From Gemmatimonas sp. (GTDB lineage Bacteria; Gemmatimonadota; Gemmatimonadetes; Gemmatimonadales; Gemmatimonadaceae), in assembly GCA_031414535.1 (NCBI GenBank), contig JANNVQ010000057.1, forward strand, positions 101,663 through 165,662: DNA of 64,000 nucleotides. Reading direction: 5' to 3'. Made by a program: the position numbers and the translations under genes. The notes under the pieces are model-generated. The model made no database searches, was not told where the DNA came from, and saw only the letters and a program-made list of their open reading frames with translations. Below, piece by piece: positions 18,315-28,372 of this stretch; position 1 is the stretch's first letter, and each line of letters opens with the position of its first letter.

Positions 18315-19241
18315 TTACTCGCGCACGGCGTCGAGCGCGATACGTTCACAAAGTTCCGGAAACCCAATACCCGCTGCTTGTGCCGCTTGTGGCACAAGGC
18401 TCGTTCCCGTCATTCCCGGAAGCGTGTTCGCTTCCAGGCAAAACATTCCACCCGTTGGATCAAGGCGAAAATCAATCCGCGCGCAGCCGCGCAATTTGAG
18501 CGCGTCGTACGCCAACATCGCCTGCGCCTGCATCGCGTCACGCACGCCGTCAGGGATATGCGCCGGAAAAATCTCCTCCGCCATCCCCGCCGTGTACTTA
18601 CACTCGTAGTCGTAAATGTCGTGCTTGGGGATGATTTCGCCAACCGGCAGCGCCTGGCCCCCCAGCACCGCCACCGTCAGCTCGCGCCCAGGGACGAAGG
18701 ACTCCAGCATGACTTCGTCATCATGCCGGAACGCCTCCTCGATTGCCGGCGCTAACGGCCCGGGCCTATCCACAATCGAGAGACCCACCGTAGACCCCTG
18801 CTTCGAGGGCTTCACCACCACCCGCTCCCCCAACGCCCGATACGTCTCCTCGGAGTATCCCGGCTCCCGCCACGGCGTTCCATCCCCGGCCCGCACCATC
18901 CGCCAGTCCGCGGTAGTCACGCCGGCCAGACGAAACATCCGTTTGGACAGATCCTTATCCATCGCAAGGGCGCTTCCGAGCACACCACTGCCCGTGTACC
19001 GAACCTTGGCGAGGTCCAACATCGCCTGAATCGTCCCGTCTTCACCGGCGCCGCCGTGCAATGCGAGCCACACCACCTCCGCCGCCCTCGCCGCGCTCAA
19101 AATGGCGAACGGATCCGGATGCGGGTCAGCCTCCGTCACCTGATGCCCGCGTTCCCGCAAGGCGGCGGCCACACGGCCGCCGCTGGACAGCGACACCTCG
19201 CGCTCCGAGGAGCTTCCACCAAGCAGGACAAGAATCCGCAC
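18315..19241 (-). CDS. ddl: D-alanine--D-alanine ligase
   Basis: GGSSSEREVS, LHGGAGEDG, YDYECKY and LEANTLPGMT motifs. Confidence 0.95.
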   Translation of the reverse strand: MRILVLLGGSSSEREVSLSSGGRVAAALRERGHQVTEADPHPDPFAILSAARAAEVVWLALHGGAGEDGTIQAMLDLAKVRYTGSGVLGSALAMDKDLSKRMFRLAGVTTADWRMVRAGDGTPWREPGYSEETYRALGERVVVKPSKQGSTVGLSIVDRPGPLAPAIEEAFRHDDEVMLESFVPGRELTVAVLGGQALPVGEIIPKHDIYDYECKYTAGMAEEIFPAHIPDGVRDAMQAQAMLAYDALKLRGCARIDFRLDPTGGMFCLEANTLPGMTGTSLVPQAAQAAGIGFPELCERIALDAVRE

Positions 19242-19242
19242 G

Positions 19243-20643
19243 TCAGCGCGCCATCAGGAACTGCAGCAGATCACTGCGCGTGAGGATGCCCTGCACCGTC
19301 CCGTGATCGCGCACCAGCACCGCCGGATTGTTGCGGCCGAGCATCTTCACGGCCGCATCAGCCGCGGTGGCAGCGTCCACCACCGGGAACGGCGCATCCA
19401 TCACGTCGCTCACGGTGCGCTCGAGCACCTTGGTGTCTTCGAGGCTCCGCACGCTCAGCGCTAGCTCGCTCACCGAGCCCACGCAGTTCGCGCCATCCAT
19501 CACCGGGAGCTGCGACACACCGTGCAGGCTCATCAAGCCCAGCGCCTGACGCACGCTCTGCCCGGGTCCCGCGCTCACCAGCGCGGGCATCTGCGCACCC
19601 TTCGCGCCCAGCAACTGGTCCAACGTCACCTTATCGGTATCGAGCATCTGGTTCTCACGCATCCATTCGTCGTTAAACACCTTCGAGAGGTAGCGCTCGC
19701 CCGTGTCGCAGAGCACGGTCACCACACAGGCCTCGGCGTCATTTACGCGACGCGCCACGCTCAGGGCCGCATGCGCGATGAGTCCCGCGCTGCCACCGAC
19801 GAACAATCCTTCCTCGCGCGTCAGTCGCCGCGCCATCGTGAAGGCGTCGCGATCACTCACCGTGATGAAATCGTCAATCAACGACAGATCGAGCGTGCCA
19901 GGAATCTTGTCCTGGCCAATGCCCTCCACCTTGTACGGCGCGCCTTGCGGATGATTCTTTCCGCCGCTGCGCCACACTTCGGTGAGAATGGAACCAACGG
20001 GGTCTGCACCGACAATCTGAATCTTCGGATTCTTCTTCTTGAGATAGCGCCCGACGCCCGTGAGCGTGCCGCCCGTGCCAGCGCCCGCCACGAAGTGCGT
20101 AATTTTGCCCTCGGTCTGTTCCCACAGCTCGGGGCCCGTGGTCGCTTCGTGCGCCTCTGGATTAGCCTGATTGTAGAACTGGTCCGCCAACACCGCGCCC
20201 GGCGTTTCCTTCGCGATGCGCTTCGCCATGGACGTGTAGCTATCGGGATGGTCCGCCGGCACCGCGGTCGGTGTGATGATCACCTGGGCGCCGAACGCCT
20301 TCAGCAAGCGCACCTTTTCCTGCGACATCTTGTCGGGCATCGTGAAGATGCACTTGTATCCCTTGAGCGCCGCCGCAATTGCGAGACCCACACCCGTGTT
20401 GCCGCTGGTGCCTTCCACAATTGTACCACCCGGCTTCAGCTTGCCCTCGCGCTCGAAGCGCTCAATCATCGGCTGGCCAATCCGGTCCTTCACGCTGCCG
20501 CCGGGATTGAAGAACTCCGCCTTGCCATACACCGGCGTGCGAATGCCCGCCGTCACGCGATTGAGGCGAATCAGCGGCGTCCACGCGATGGTCTCGAGGA
20601 CATTCGCGTAGGGCTTGCGATGGCGGGGATGGTCGTCTGTCAT
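19243..20643 (-). CDS. cbs: Cystathionine beta-synthase (PLP domain + CBS pair)
   Basis: NPGGSVKDR, GTSGNTG and GTGGT motifs; C-terminal CBS domains. Confidence 0.88.
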   Translation of the reverse strand: MTDDHPRHRKPYANVLETIAWTPLIRLNRVTAGIRTPVYGKAEFFNPGGSVKDRIGQPMIERFEREGKLKPGGTIVEGTSGNTGVGLAIAAALKGYKCIFTMPDKMSQEKVRLLKAFGAQVIITPTAVPADHPDSYTSMAKRIAKETPGAVLADQFYNQANPEAHEATTGPELWEQTEGKITHFVAGAGTGGTLTGVGRYLKKKNPKIQIVGADPVGSILTEVWRSGGKNHPQGAPYKVEGIGQDKIPGTLDLSLIDDFITVSDRDAFTMARRLTREEGLFVGGSAGLIAHAALSVARRVNDAEACVVTVLCDTGERYLSKVFNDEWMRENQMLDTDKVTLDQLLGAKGAQMPALVSAGPGQSVRQALGLMSLHGVSQLPVMDGANCVGSVSELALSVRSLEDTKVLERTVSDVMDAPFPVVDAATAADAAVKMLGRNNPAVLVRDHGTVQGILTRSDLLQFLMAR

Positions 20644-20694
20644 GGGAGGGTGCCTTGGGGGGAGTCGGCGCAACTGCACGCCGATGTATCGAAT

Positions 20695-23349
20695 CTACGA
20701 GCGCCCGGAGGGCGGTGCGACTGGCGCCGAACTCTCGCCGCGCGCCGCGGCCGAAAGCTCAGCCAGCAACTGCAATGCCTGCAACGGGGTCATCTGCTCC
20801 ACAGCGATCTCACGCAAGCGCTCCACCAGCGGGTCCGGAACCGCAAACAAGGCCAGTTGGTCACCGATTGGCTCGGTGGCTCGCGCCGTCCGCACCGCTC
20901 CTGCCAGAGCGGGTACCAACTGCTCGCCTTCCAACACTTTCAGCAGGGCCCGCGCCCGCGCAATCACGGGGCCAGGAAGTCCAGCCAAACGGCCGACTTC
21001 AATGCCGTATGAGCGATCCGCCCCTCCGGCACGCAAGGTATGCAAGAACAGGATGCGTTCACCGACTTCTTGAACCGCCACGTTATAGTTGCGAACTGAT
21101 ACGAATTCATCGGCGAGCTGCGTGAGCTCGTGATAATGCGTCGCGAAGATCGTTTTGCACCGCACCCGCTCATGCAGATGCTCGCTCACCGCCCACGCAA
21201 TGGAGAGACCATCCCAAGTCGCGGTGCCGCGGCCAATCTCATCCAGCAGCACGAGACTCCGCGCCGTGGCGCTGTGGAGAATCGCGCTCGTCTCGGACAT
21301 CTCCACCATAAACGTCGATTGGCCACGCACGAGATTGTCGCTTGCTCCAACGCGCGTGAACACGCGGTCGGCCACACCTACACGCGCGCGCGACGCCGCC
21401 ACGTAACTGCCCATCTGCGCCATCAGCACCAGCAGGCCGACTTGGCGAAGGATCGTACTCTTACCGGCCATGTTCGGGCCGGTGAGGATGATCATCCGCG
21501 CATCGGGTGCGAGCGTGACGTCATTGGGAATGAACTGATCGCGCGGCATCATCCGCTCCACCACCGGATGCCGGCCGCGCTCAATCTCTAGGACCGCTTC
21601 ATCGTCCACCTCGGGACGCACGTACCCTTCCCGCGCCGCCACGTCAGCCAACGAGGCCAGCACATCTAGCGTCGCGACGCGCAAGGCGATGCCCTGCAGC
21701 AAGGCAATCTGCGCACCGACCTCGGCGCGCAGTTGCTCAAACACGCGCCGCTCGATGCTCTCAATCCGTTCCGTGGCGCCGAGCACCTTCTCCTCAAACG
21801 CCTTCAACGCCGGCGTGACGTAGCGCTCGGCGCCCGTCAACGTTTGCCGGCGCTGGTAGTCCGAAGGCACGGCGTCGCGATTCGCGTTGGTGACTTCGAT
21901 GAAATATCCGAAGACACGATTGTAGCCCACCTTGAGCGTGTGGATGCCTGTGCGTGCGCGCTCCTCTGCCTGCAGCGCGGCGATCGCATCCTTACCGCCC
22001 GTCGCCACCGCGCGCAGGTCGTCGAGCTCAAGATCAACGCCGGGCGTGATGGTCTCGCCATCTCCAAACCCGAGTGGGGGACGCTCCACCAGCGTGCCGT
22101 GCACGCGCGCCACGATGCTGGCACCATCGTCCCACGCGGCAACGAGCGGCGCAAGCACACCGCCGCAACCTGTGCGACGCAAAGCCGAGAGCACAGCGGG
22201 GAGTCGGGCGAGTGAATCGCCGAGTGCGCGCAGTTCACGTGGAGTGGCGCGTTGGGCAGCGGCTTTACCGGCTAAACGCTCCACGTCACGCACGCCGTCC
22301 AGCGCGTCACGTAAGGCGGCGCGCGCCGTCCCCTCGTTCACCAGCGACTCCACGGCATCGAGCCGCGCGCCGATCGCTGCAACGTCCGTGAGCGGCGCCA
22401 GAATCCACTGACGCAATTGCCGTGCGCCCATCGGGGTCTGCGTACGATCGAGCACCGAGAGTAGGGTACCCGCCGTTTCTTCTCCGCCACGCAAGGACTC
22501 GACGAGCTCAAGATTGCGTCGCGTCATCTCATCCAGCGGCATCACGCCGCCAGGTCGCTCCGCCACCGGACGCGCCAAGTGTGGCAATCCCGACGGCTGG
22601 ACCTCGCGCAGGTATCGCAAGAGCGCGCCCGCCGCACCCACCGCGGGTGCATCCGGCGCACCGATACCAAAACCCTCCAGCGAGGCCACGGCAAATTGCT
22701 GCGCCAGCGCGTCTGCCGCGCGTTCGTGATCAAACTCCCATGCGGCGCGCGCGTTCACGAGCGCGCCAAGCGGGCGCACCAGCGCGTCCACGCGATCCGC
22801 CGCGTCCCCACTCTCCACATTCGGGACCAGCACTTCCCGCGGGGCCAGGCGCGCAAGCGCCGCGTCGGCATCGCGCAGCAGCGCCGTGATGAGACGAAAC
22901 TCACCGGTGGACAGATCGGCGGCGGCGATCCCCACCGCGTCGTCACGAACGACGACCGCGCAGAGAAAATTGTTGCGAGCACTGTCGAGCAAGTCGTCGC
23001 TGAACGCCGCGCCGGGTGTGATTGTCTCCACCACTTCGCGCTTGACGATTCCCCTGGCAAGTTTGGGATCTTCCACTTGCTCGCAGATTGCCACACGGAA
23101 TCCCTGAGCCACGAAGCGTCGTAGGTATTCGCTTGCGGCCTTCACCGGAATACCCGCCAGCGGCACCTCGGCCGCTCCGCCATTGTTGCGCGACGTCAGC
23201 GTGAGCCCGAGCACGCGCGCGGCCACTTCGGCGTCCTCGTAGAACATCTCGTAGAAGTCGCCCATCCTGAAGAACAGGATGGCATCCGGATGCCGCGCCT
23301 TGATCTCGCGATACTGCGTCATCAGGGGCGTCTCGCCGCTGCCCTTCAT
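20695..23349 (-). CDS. mutS: DNA mismatch repair protein MutS
   Basis: FFRMGDFYE, TGPNMAGKST, STFMVEM and DEIGRGT motifs; clamp motif QLALF. Confidence 0.97.
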   Translation of the reverse strand: MKGSGETPLMTQYREIKARHPDAILFFRMGDFYEMFYEDAEVAARVLGLTLTSRNNGGAAEVPLAGIPVKAASEYLRRFVAQGFRVAICEQVEDPKLARGIVKREVVETITPGAAFSDDLLDSARNNFLCAVVVRDDAVGIAAADLSTGEFRLITALLRDADAALARLAPREVLVPNVESGDAADRVDALVRPLGALVNARAAWEFDHERAADALAQQFAVASLEGFGIGAPDAPAVGAAGALLRYLREVQPSGLPHLARPVAERPGGVMPLDEMTRRNLELVESLRGGEETAGTLLSVLDRTQTPMGARQLRQWILAPLTDVAAIGARLDAVESLVNEGTARAALRDALDGVRDVERLAGKAAAQRATPRELRALGDSLARLPAVLSALRRTGCGGVLAPLVAAWDDGASIVARVHGTLVERPPLGFGDGETITPGVDLELDDLRAVATGGKDAIAALQAEERARTGIHTLKVGYNRVFGYFIEVTNANRDAVPSDYQRRQTLTGAERYVTPALKAFEEKVLGATERIESIERRVFEQLRAEVGAQIALLQGIALRVATLDVLASLADVAAREGYVRPEVDDEAVLEIERGRHPVVERMMPRDQFIPNDVTLAPDARMIILTGPNMAGKSTILRQVGLLVLMAQMGSYVAASRARVGVADRVFTRVGASDNLVRGQSTFMVEMSETSAILHSATARSLVLLDEIGRGTATWDGLSIAWAVSEHLHERVRCKTIFATHYHELTQLADEFVSVRNYNVAVQEVGERILFLHTLRAGGADRSYGIEVGRLAGLPGPVIARARALLKVLEGEQLVPALAGAVRTARATEPIGDQLALFAVPDPLVERLREIAVEQMTPLQALQLLAELSAAARGESSAPVAPPSGRS

Positions 23350-24182
23350 CAGCGCGGAACCTGCGCGAGGAATGCATCGCCCCGTTCCTTGGTCTTGTAT
23401 GCTTCCATCGCCGCAACGGCCGCACCGCGCGTGGCGTAGCGACCAAAACGCACGCGGTACGGCGCCGCGCTCCCGTCCACACGCGTCTCATAACCGCGTG
23501 CGCGGATCTCGGCGGCAAAACTTGCAGCCTCGCCCGCGGTGGGGAACGCAGCAATCTGCACGGACCACAGCATCGTGCCTGCGGGCGATGACGCTCCGCT
23601 TGGCGCGGATGCTGGAGCTGACGTCTGGGGTACTGAGGGCCGCGGAGCAGGTGTAGTCGGCGTGGGGGGGGGTGTTGTCCCCTCGGCAGCCGTGCCTGCC
23701 ACCGCCGAAAGCCGGGCCCGCAGCGCCAACGCCTCGCTCCGCTCGGCCGCGTTGGGTGCCTCCACCATCAGGCGATCCACATACCGCAGGGCGGCGTCTC
23801 GGTCGCCGCGCATGGCTTCACCCTGCGCCAAGCGCAGCATGGACGCCGACGCAAAGCGCGAGCGTTCGTGTTCAAGCATCACGCGCAGATAGTCGCGCTG
23901 CGCCTGGTCCCAGCTCTCCGCCAGCGTCGCGCGCCAAAACAGCACCTCCGCCTCGTCCGCGGAGCGCGGTTCGGTCGTGTTCAGTAACGAGTCCACCAAG
24001 GCGCGGCCTTCAGTACCGCTGCCGTCATTCACCAAGCGTTGAGCACGTAGGAATACTTGCGCGCGCGCGGCCGCCGCACCCATTGCGGCCGCGCTATCCT
24101 GTGCACGCATCGGCTGCGCCGTCAGAAAGCTTGCAAGCGCCGCCACGAACGCCATGACCTTCAACCCCAAGCGACGCGCCAT
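23349..24182 (-). CDS. SPOR-domain protein with N-terminal TPR-like region
   Basis: Signal peptide, helical repeats, Pro/Ala linker, WSVQIAAF...YRVRFGRY SPOR domain. Confidence 0.8.
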   Translation of the reverse strand: MARRLGLKVMAFVAALASFLTAQPMRAQDSAAAMGAAAARAQVFLRAQRLVNDGSGTEGRALVDSLLNTTEPRSADEAEVLFWRATLAESWDQAQRDYLRVMLEHERSRFASASMLRLAQGEAMRGDRDAALRYVDRLMVEAPNAAERSEALALRARLSAVAGTAAEGTTPPPTPTTPAPRPSVPQTSAPASAPSGASSPAGTMLWSVQIAAFPTAGEAASFAAEIRARGYETRVDGSAAPYRVRFGRYATRGAAVAAMEAYKTKERGDAFLAQVPR

Positions 24183-25240
24183 CACGCGGCTCGGCGCCGC
24201 CCCGCCACTGGGGTGATGGCCAAGAGCAGGGAGGTCACGATCTGCGCTTCGCTCGACACCTTGGTGTCCTTGAGTGCGGCATCCGCCGCGTGCAGGTGCG
24301 GTAGCGCGCGAGCCACGTCCTCCACGCTCCACTTGGGAACCGCCTTCGCCCAACACTTCACCGCGTCACCCCAAGAGCGACCCGTGTACACAGAGCCGCC
24401 CTCCTTTAGGAGATTGAAGAACTCGCTCTCGAGCCGACTTTGCGCGAGACCGCGATTGCGCGCGGCCACACCCCAGCCAATCGCCAACATCTGCGCGGTG
24501 AGCGCCATCACCGTCGTCACGCCGGATTGCTTTGGCTGCGAGAGCACCTCAGGCACCATCGCAATCGCGCCCATGGTATCGCGGTGTGACGCACGGTCCA
24601 GCAAGTCCGCGAGCGTGACCCCCGGGCGAACCCCAGTCATCGCTTCTACCGCGGCTTCGGTGATGGTGGCCCCGTTCACGTAGGCGGCAAGTTTACGCAA
24701 CTCGCCGGCAATCATCGGCAAATCACTGCCGGCATAGGTCGCCAGTCGCTTCGTCGCGCCCTCGTTGATCTCAACGCCGCAGTTGGTCTTCGCTTCCTTC
24801 ACAATCCAGCGCAGCAAGTCCTCACCGTCCAGTAGCTCGAACTCAAACGCGCTGCCAGCTTTTGCAAGCCAAGGATCCAGCTTCGCACCGCTCGGCACCA
24901 CAAGGAGAAGAATGGTCTCGTTGGCCGGTTTGGCGAGGTACTTCTCGAGGCGTTCCCGCTGCGGCTTCTTCATCGATCCCGGATCGCGGAGAATCACGAG
25001 ACGGCGGTCGGCAAGCATGGGCAGGGCCTCGAGGGACGACGAAAGGCCTGCGACTTCCACTTCGGTACCGCGCAGCACGTCCACGTTGAAGTCGCGAGTA
25101 GACGCATCCGTCGCGCGCGCGGAAACCTGGCGTACCCACTCTTCCTTCAGGTGGTCATCCGCACCGTGGAAGACGTAGACCGGGTCGAAGCCCCCGGTTT
25201 CGAGGGCCGTCTTGAGCGGTTTGAAGCTGACGGCGGCCAT
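24182..25240 (-). CDS. holA: DNA polymerase III delta subunit
   Basis: PVYVFHG, DFNVD, LPMLADRRLV and ELRKL motifs. Confidence 0.88.
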   Translation of the reverse strand: MAAVSFKPLKTALETGGFDPVYVFHGADDHLKEEWVRQVSARATDASTRDFNVDVLRGTEVEVAGLSSSLEALPMLADRRLVILRDPGSMKKPQRERLEKYLAKPANETILLLVVPSGAKLDPWLAKAGSAFEFELLDGEDLLRWIVKEAKTNCGVEINEGATKRLATYAGSDLPMIAGELRKLAAYVNGATITEAAVEAMTGVRPGVTLADLLDRASHRDTMGAIAMVPEVLSQPKQSGVTTVMALTAQMLAIGWGVAARNRGLAQSRLESEFFNLLKEGGSVYTGRSWGDAVKCWAKAVPKWSVEDVARALPHLHAADAALKDTKVSSEAQIVTSLLLAITPVAGRRRAA

Positions 25241-25511
25241 AGGAAGGCAATATAGCCGCCCCATCCCGAGCCGACTCCTCGAGCAGCGGCTCGTCTCGAA
25301 TTCGCTCGGCGAGCACGGCGCGAAAGCCTCGGGATACGGTCAAAGGGCCGCGGTGCCGCGCGAGCAACAAACCCCGACGAAGCTTCGCATCATAGCGCTG
25401 ACAGTCCCCGCATCCGTCGGCGTGCGAACGCATTGCCAGTGCCAGGCCGCCGGGCAGTGAGCCGTCCAACCAGGCAAGATGTTGGCTGCGAAAGAGCGAG
25501 CAATTGGGCAT
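25155..25511 (-). CDS. Zinc-finger (ZAS/zf-HC2) anti-sigma factor-like protein
   Basis: C...WLDG.L...HADGCGDC (HxxxCxxC), downstream of the ECF sigma gene; 3' end overlaps holA by 86 nt. Confidence 0.65.
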   Translation of the reverse strand: MPNCSLFRSQHLAWLDGSLPGGLALAMRSHADGCGDCQRYDAKLRRGLLLARHRGPLTVSRGFRAVLAERIRDEPLLEESARDGAAILPSYGRRQLQTAQDGPRNRGLRPGLRLPRCG

Positions 25512-25623
25512 TGGCGGGGGCCGAAGGCAGAAGCGGAAATGACGAAGCGCCCTCCGATACCCTGGAGGACGCCCCGCGTTCCGACACTCGTTGGCCTTCG
25601 GAGGTCCCACCCCCCTTCCGTGC

Positions 25624-26262
25624 CTACTGCAGTGCCGGGCCGATGATTTCGGCGAAGCTGGCCCGCGCCCGGTTCAAGCGCGACTTCACGGTGCCGAGGT
25701 TGCAACGCGTGATTTCCGCAATCTCCTCGTACGACCGTCCCTCAAGTTCGCGCAGGACAAAGACTTCCCTGTGGTGCTCGGGCAGCTTCGCGACGGTCGC
25801 CTCGACGAGTTCCTGCACGTGACGCTTCTTGAAGAGCTCGTCCGGCTGCATCGAGGTGTCCTCAAACTCGAGCGGACGCTCGTCGTCGTCCCAGCCCTGT
25901 GTCATCGTCTGGAAGAGCACGAGCGGGTTGCGCGAGCGGTTTCGGAGCTCGTTCTTGGCCAGATTCGACGCGATGGTATAAATCCAGGTCGAAAACTTCT
26001 TGGCGCCGTCAAAGCGGGCCATATGACGATGGACTCGGATGAACGCTTCCTGAACGAGATCTTCCGACCGCTCGCGGTCACCGACCGTACGGTAGATGAA
26101 GTTCAGGAGTCGGTTCTGGTAGCGATCCACCAGTACATCGAAGGCGCGGCTCTGACCATGCAAGTAAGCAGACACCAATGCGCCATCATCGAGCTTTTTG
26201 AGCTCAACTAGCGATGTATAGCCAATTGGCAGTGTGTTCAGCTTCAGCGCTACGCTTCCCAT
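25624..26262 (-). CDS. ECF RNA polymerase sigma factor (RpoE/SigW-like)
   Basis: EDLVQEAF, FSTWIYTIA and GTVKSRLNRAR motifs. Confidence 0.93.
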   Translation of the reverse strand: MGSVALKLNTLPIGYTSLVELKKLDDGALVSAYLHGQSRAFDVLVDRYQNRLLNFIYRTVGDRERSEDLVQEAFIRVHRHMARFDGAKKFSTWIYTIASNLAKNELRNRSRNPLVLFQTMTQGWDDDERPLEFEDTSMQPDELFKKRHVQELVEATVAKLPEHHREVFVLRELEGRSYEEIAEITRCNLGTVKSRLNRARASFAEIIGPALQ

Positions 26263-26311
26263 ATAGTCCTCTCGAAGAGAGTTCGGTGGGTGATTCCCCG
26301 CCGATAGGGAG

Positions 26312-26327
26312 TGCAGGGGTCGTGCCA
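26312..26327 (-). promoter_or_regulatory. sigma54 (-24/-12) promoter of the ECF sigma gene
   Basis: Minus strand TGGCACGACCCCTGCA = GG-N10-GC with a TGGCACG core; IHF-like site at 26344-26368. Confidence 0.7.
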
Positions 26328-26414
26328 GACCCCAGCTGTGCGCTAAGTCCTTATTTCACAACGATTAACCATTCTATCATCTTCCCATGTGTCCCCCATA
26401 GAAGAGGACTAGTG

Positions 26415-26975
26415 TCACCCATCGAGGACACCTGGGAATCCGGCAACATATAGAATGGCCGATATCGTCTTCGCGTCCTGAATCTCGCCGTCGCGGATCA
26501 TCTCGAGAATCTGCGAAAGCGCAAGCGGCACGACTTCCATGAACTCGTCCGCTTCGCGGGCCGACTCGCCCTGCGTCAGGCCCGTGGCCATGAAGAGATG
26601 AATCTTCTCGTCCGTGAATCCCGGCGCCGTGTAGATGCTCGTGAGCGCCACCATCTGCTCGGCCGTGCAGCCCGTTTCCTCGAGCAGCTCGCGTTCGGCG
26701 CACGCAATCGGCTCTTCGTTGGGTTCCAAACGACCGGCAGGAATCTCCCACAACGTGCCGCCGGTGGCGTATCGGTACTGCTTGATCAACAGGATTTGCG
26801 GATCCTCACCGCTCGGATCGCTGAGCACCGGTACCACCGCTGCTGCGCCCGGATGATAGATCAGCACCTGATCGCCTTCACTGCCATCGGGGAATCGTAC
26901 ACGGTCCACGTGCGCGTCGAGGAATCGATACGTCCACTGCCGTTCGCCGCCAATGCGGCCCGGGATTTCGCTCAT
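26415..26975 (-). CDS. Nudix hydrolase (ADP-ribose pyrophosphatase-like)
   Basis: EIPAGRLE...AERELLEETG Nudix box; DAKT motif. Confidence 0.9.
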   Translation of the reverse strand: MSEIPGRIGGERQWTYRFLDAHVDRVRFPDGSEGDQVLIYHPGAAAVVPVLSDPSGEDPQILLIKQYRYATGGTLWEIPAGRLEPNEEPIACAERELLEETGCTAEQMVALTSIYTAPGFTDEKIHLFMATGLTQGESAREADEFMEVVPLALSQILEMIRDGEIQDAKTISAILYVAGFPGVLDG

Positions 26976-28372
26976 GAGTTCTCCGTGGGATCCTGCGTAG
27001 CGGACATGACCTCTAGTGTTCCGTGCCCAAGCGCCGCGAGTGGCGCTTCAATCACCGCCGCATCGCCTACGGCTAACAGCAGCAAGCGAGACGGGTCCAA
27101 GTGCGTCTGCGCCGCGCGATGCACGTCTTCACGCGTGATCGCCTGCACTTGGTCGCGATATCCCCTGAACCACTCGTCGGTAAGTCCGTGCACCACGGCA
27201 CCCGCCACAGCGCCGGCCACGGCCGCCGTGCTCTCAAAACGAATTGGAAAGACGCCCGCTAGGTACTCGGTGGCTAAGGAGAGCTCGTCGGGCGAGGGGG
27301 GTGACGCGCGCATGCCATCAATTTCTCTCAGCATTTCCTGTACCGCGCGATCTGTTACTTCCGTCTTCACCGCCGTGCTCACCACAAACGGACCAGCACC
27401 GCGACGCCAATCGTACCCAGACGAGGCCCCGTAGGTGAACGCATGTTTCTCGCGCAGGTTGAGGTTGATGCGCGAGGAGAACAGGCCACCCAGGATCGCA
27501 TTCATCACGACGACGGCCATATGGTCCGGATTGCTGCGCGGAACGCCGGCGTGTCCGAGCCGCAACTCCGTCTGTGGCGCGTCCGGCTTGGCGATAATGA
27601 CGCTTCGCCGCCGTGCGTCCGCCGCATCAACCATTCCTGCGGGCACCACCGACGCGGCGGCGCGCCAATCGCCAAACTTCGCGTCAGCCAGTTTCAGCGC
27701 TGCATCTAGAGTGATGTCCCCGACGATGACGAGCGTTGTGGTGTGCGGACCATAGTTCGCCCTATGAAACGCCTGCAACTGCTCGGCGCGCAATGCCTCC
27801 ACGCTTCTCGTGTTACCCGCTGCAGGCCGTCCGTAGCGCGCCCGAGCATAGAGTAGGCCGGTAAAGCGCATGTCCGCGAGGCCGCGCGGTTCTGCAAGCG
27901 CTTGCGCCAAATCGTCAATGCGCTCCTCGCGCTTGCGGTCCACGTCCACCGCCGGAAACAGCGGAGCTCGCAATATCTGCGCAAAGAGTGACACCGCCTC
28001 GTCCAAGCGGTTCGGCGTCACGGTTACACGAGCAACCGTGGAGTCCCAGTCTGCCGATGCTTCAAACGAGGTACCCAGCGCCTCAAAGCGCTCCGTGAGC
28101 GCGGCCCCGTCAAGCGAGCCCATCCCTTCGTCCAAGCTGCGGGCCGTCATCGCCGCGAGACCCTCCTGACCTCGAGGATCCGCGCTGGCGCCCGCGTCCA
28201 CCAGCGCCATCACCGTCACGATTGGGAGACGAGGCATCGGCACAACCATCACCCGCAATCCGTTGCTGAGCGTCACGCGCTCAATAGCGGGAAACTGATA
28301 CGGCCGCACCGCCGCCGGCAGCGGACGTTGGGCCACCTGACCCACTTGGGCCACCTGGCTCGCGTGGCTCAT
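26972..28372 (-). CDS. M16B peptidase, non-catalytic subunit, cytoplasmic
   Basis: SSRINLNLREKHAFTYG motif; no HxxEH and no signal peptide. Confidence 0.87.
   Translation of the reverse strand: MSHASQVAQVGQVAQRPLPAAVRPYQFPAIERVTLSNGLRVMVVPMPRLPIVTVMALVDAGASADPRGQEGLAAMTARSLDEGMGSLDGAALTERFEALGTSFEASADWDSTVARVTVTPNRLDEAVSLFAQILRAPLFPAVDVDRKREERIDDLAQALAEPRGLADMRFTGLLYARARYGRPAAGNTRSVEALRAEQLQAFHRANYGPHTTTLVIVGDITLDAALKLADAKFGDWRAAASVVPAGMVDAADARRRSVIIAKPDAPQTELRLGHAGVPRSNPDHMAVVVMNAILGGLFSSRINLNLREKHAFTYGASSGYDWRRGAGPFVVSTAVKTEVTDRAVQEMLREIDGMRASPPSPDELSLATEYLAGVFPIRFESTAAVAGAVAGAVVHGLTDEWFRGYRDQVQAITREDVHRAAQTHLDPSRLLLLAVGDAAVIEAPLAALGHGTLEVMSATQDPTENS

Noticed and set aside
19522..21012. 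496-aa plus-strand ORF
   Set aside because: Antisense shadow of cbs/mutS; no recognisable domain
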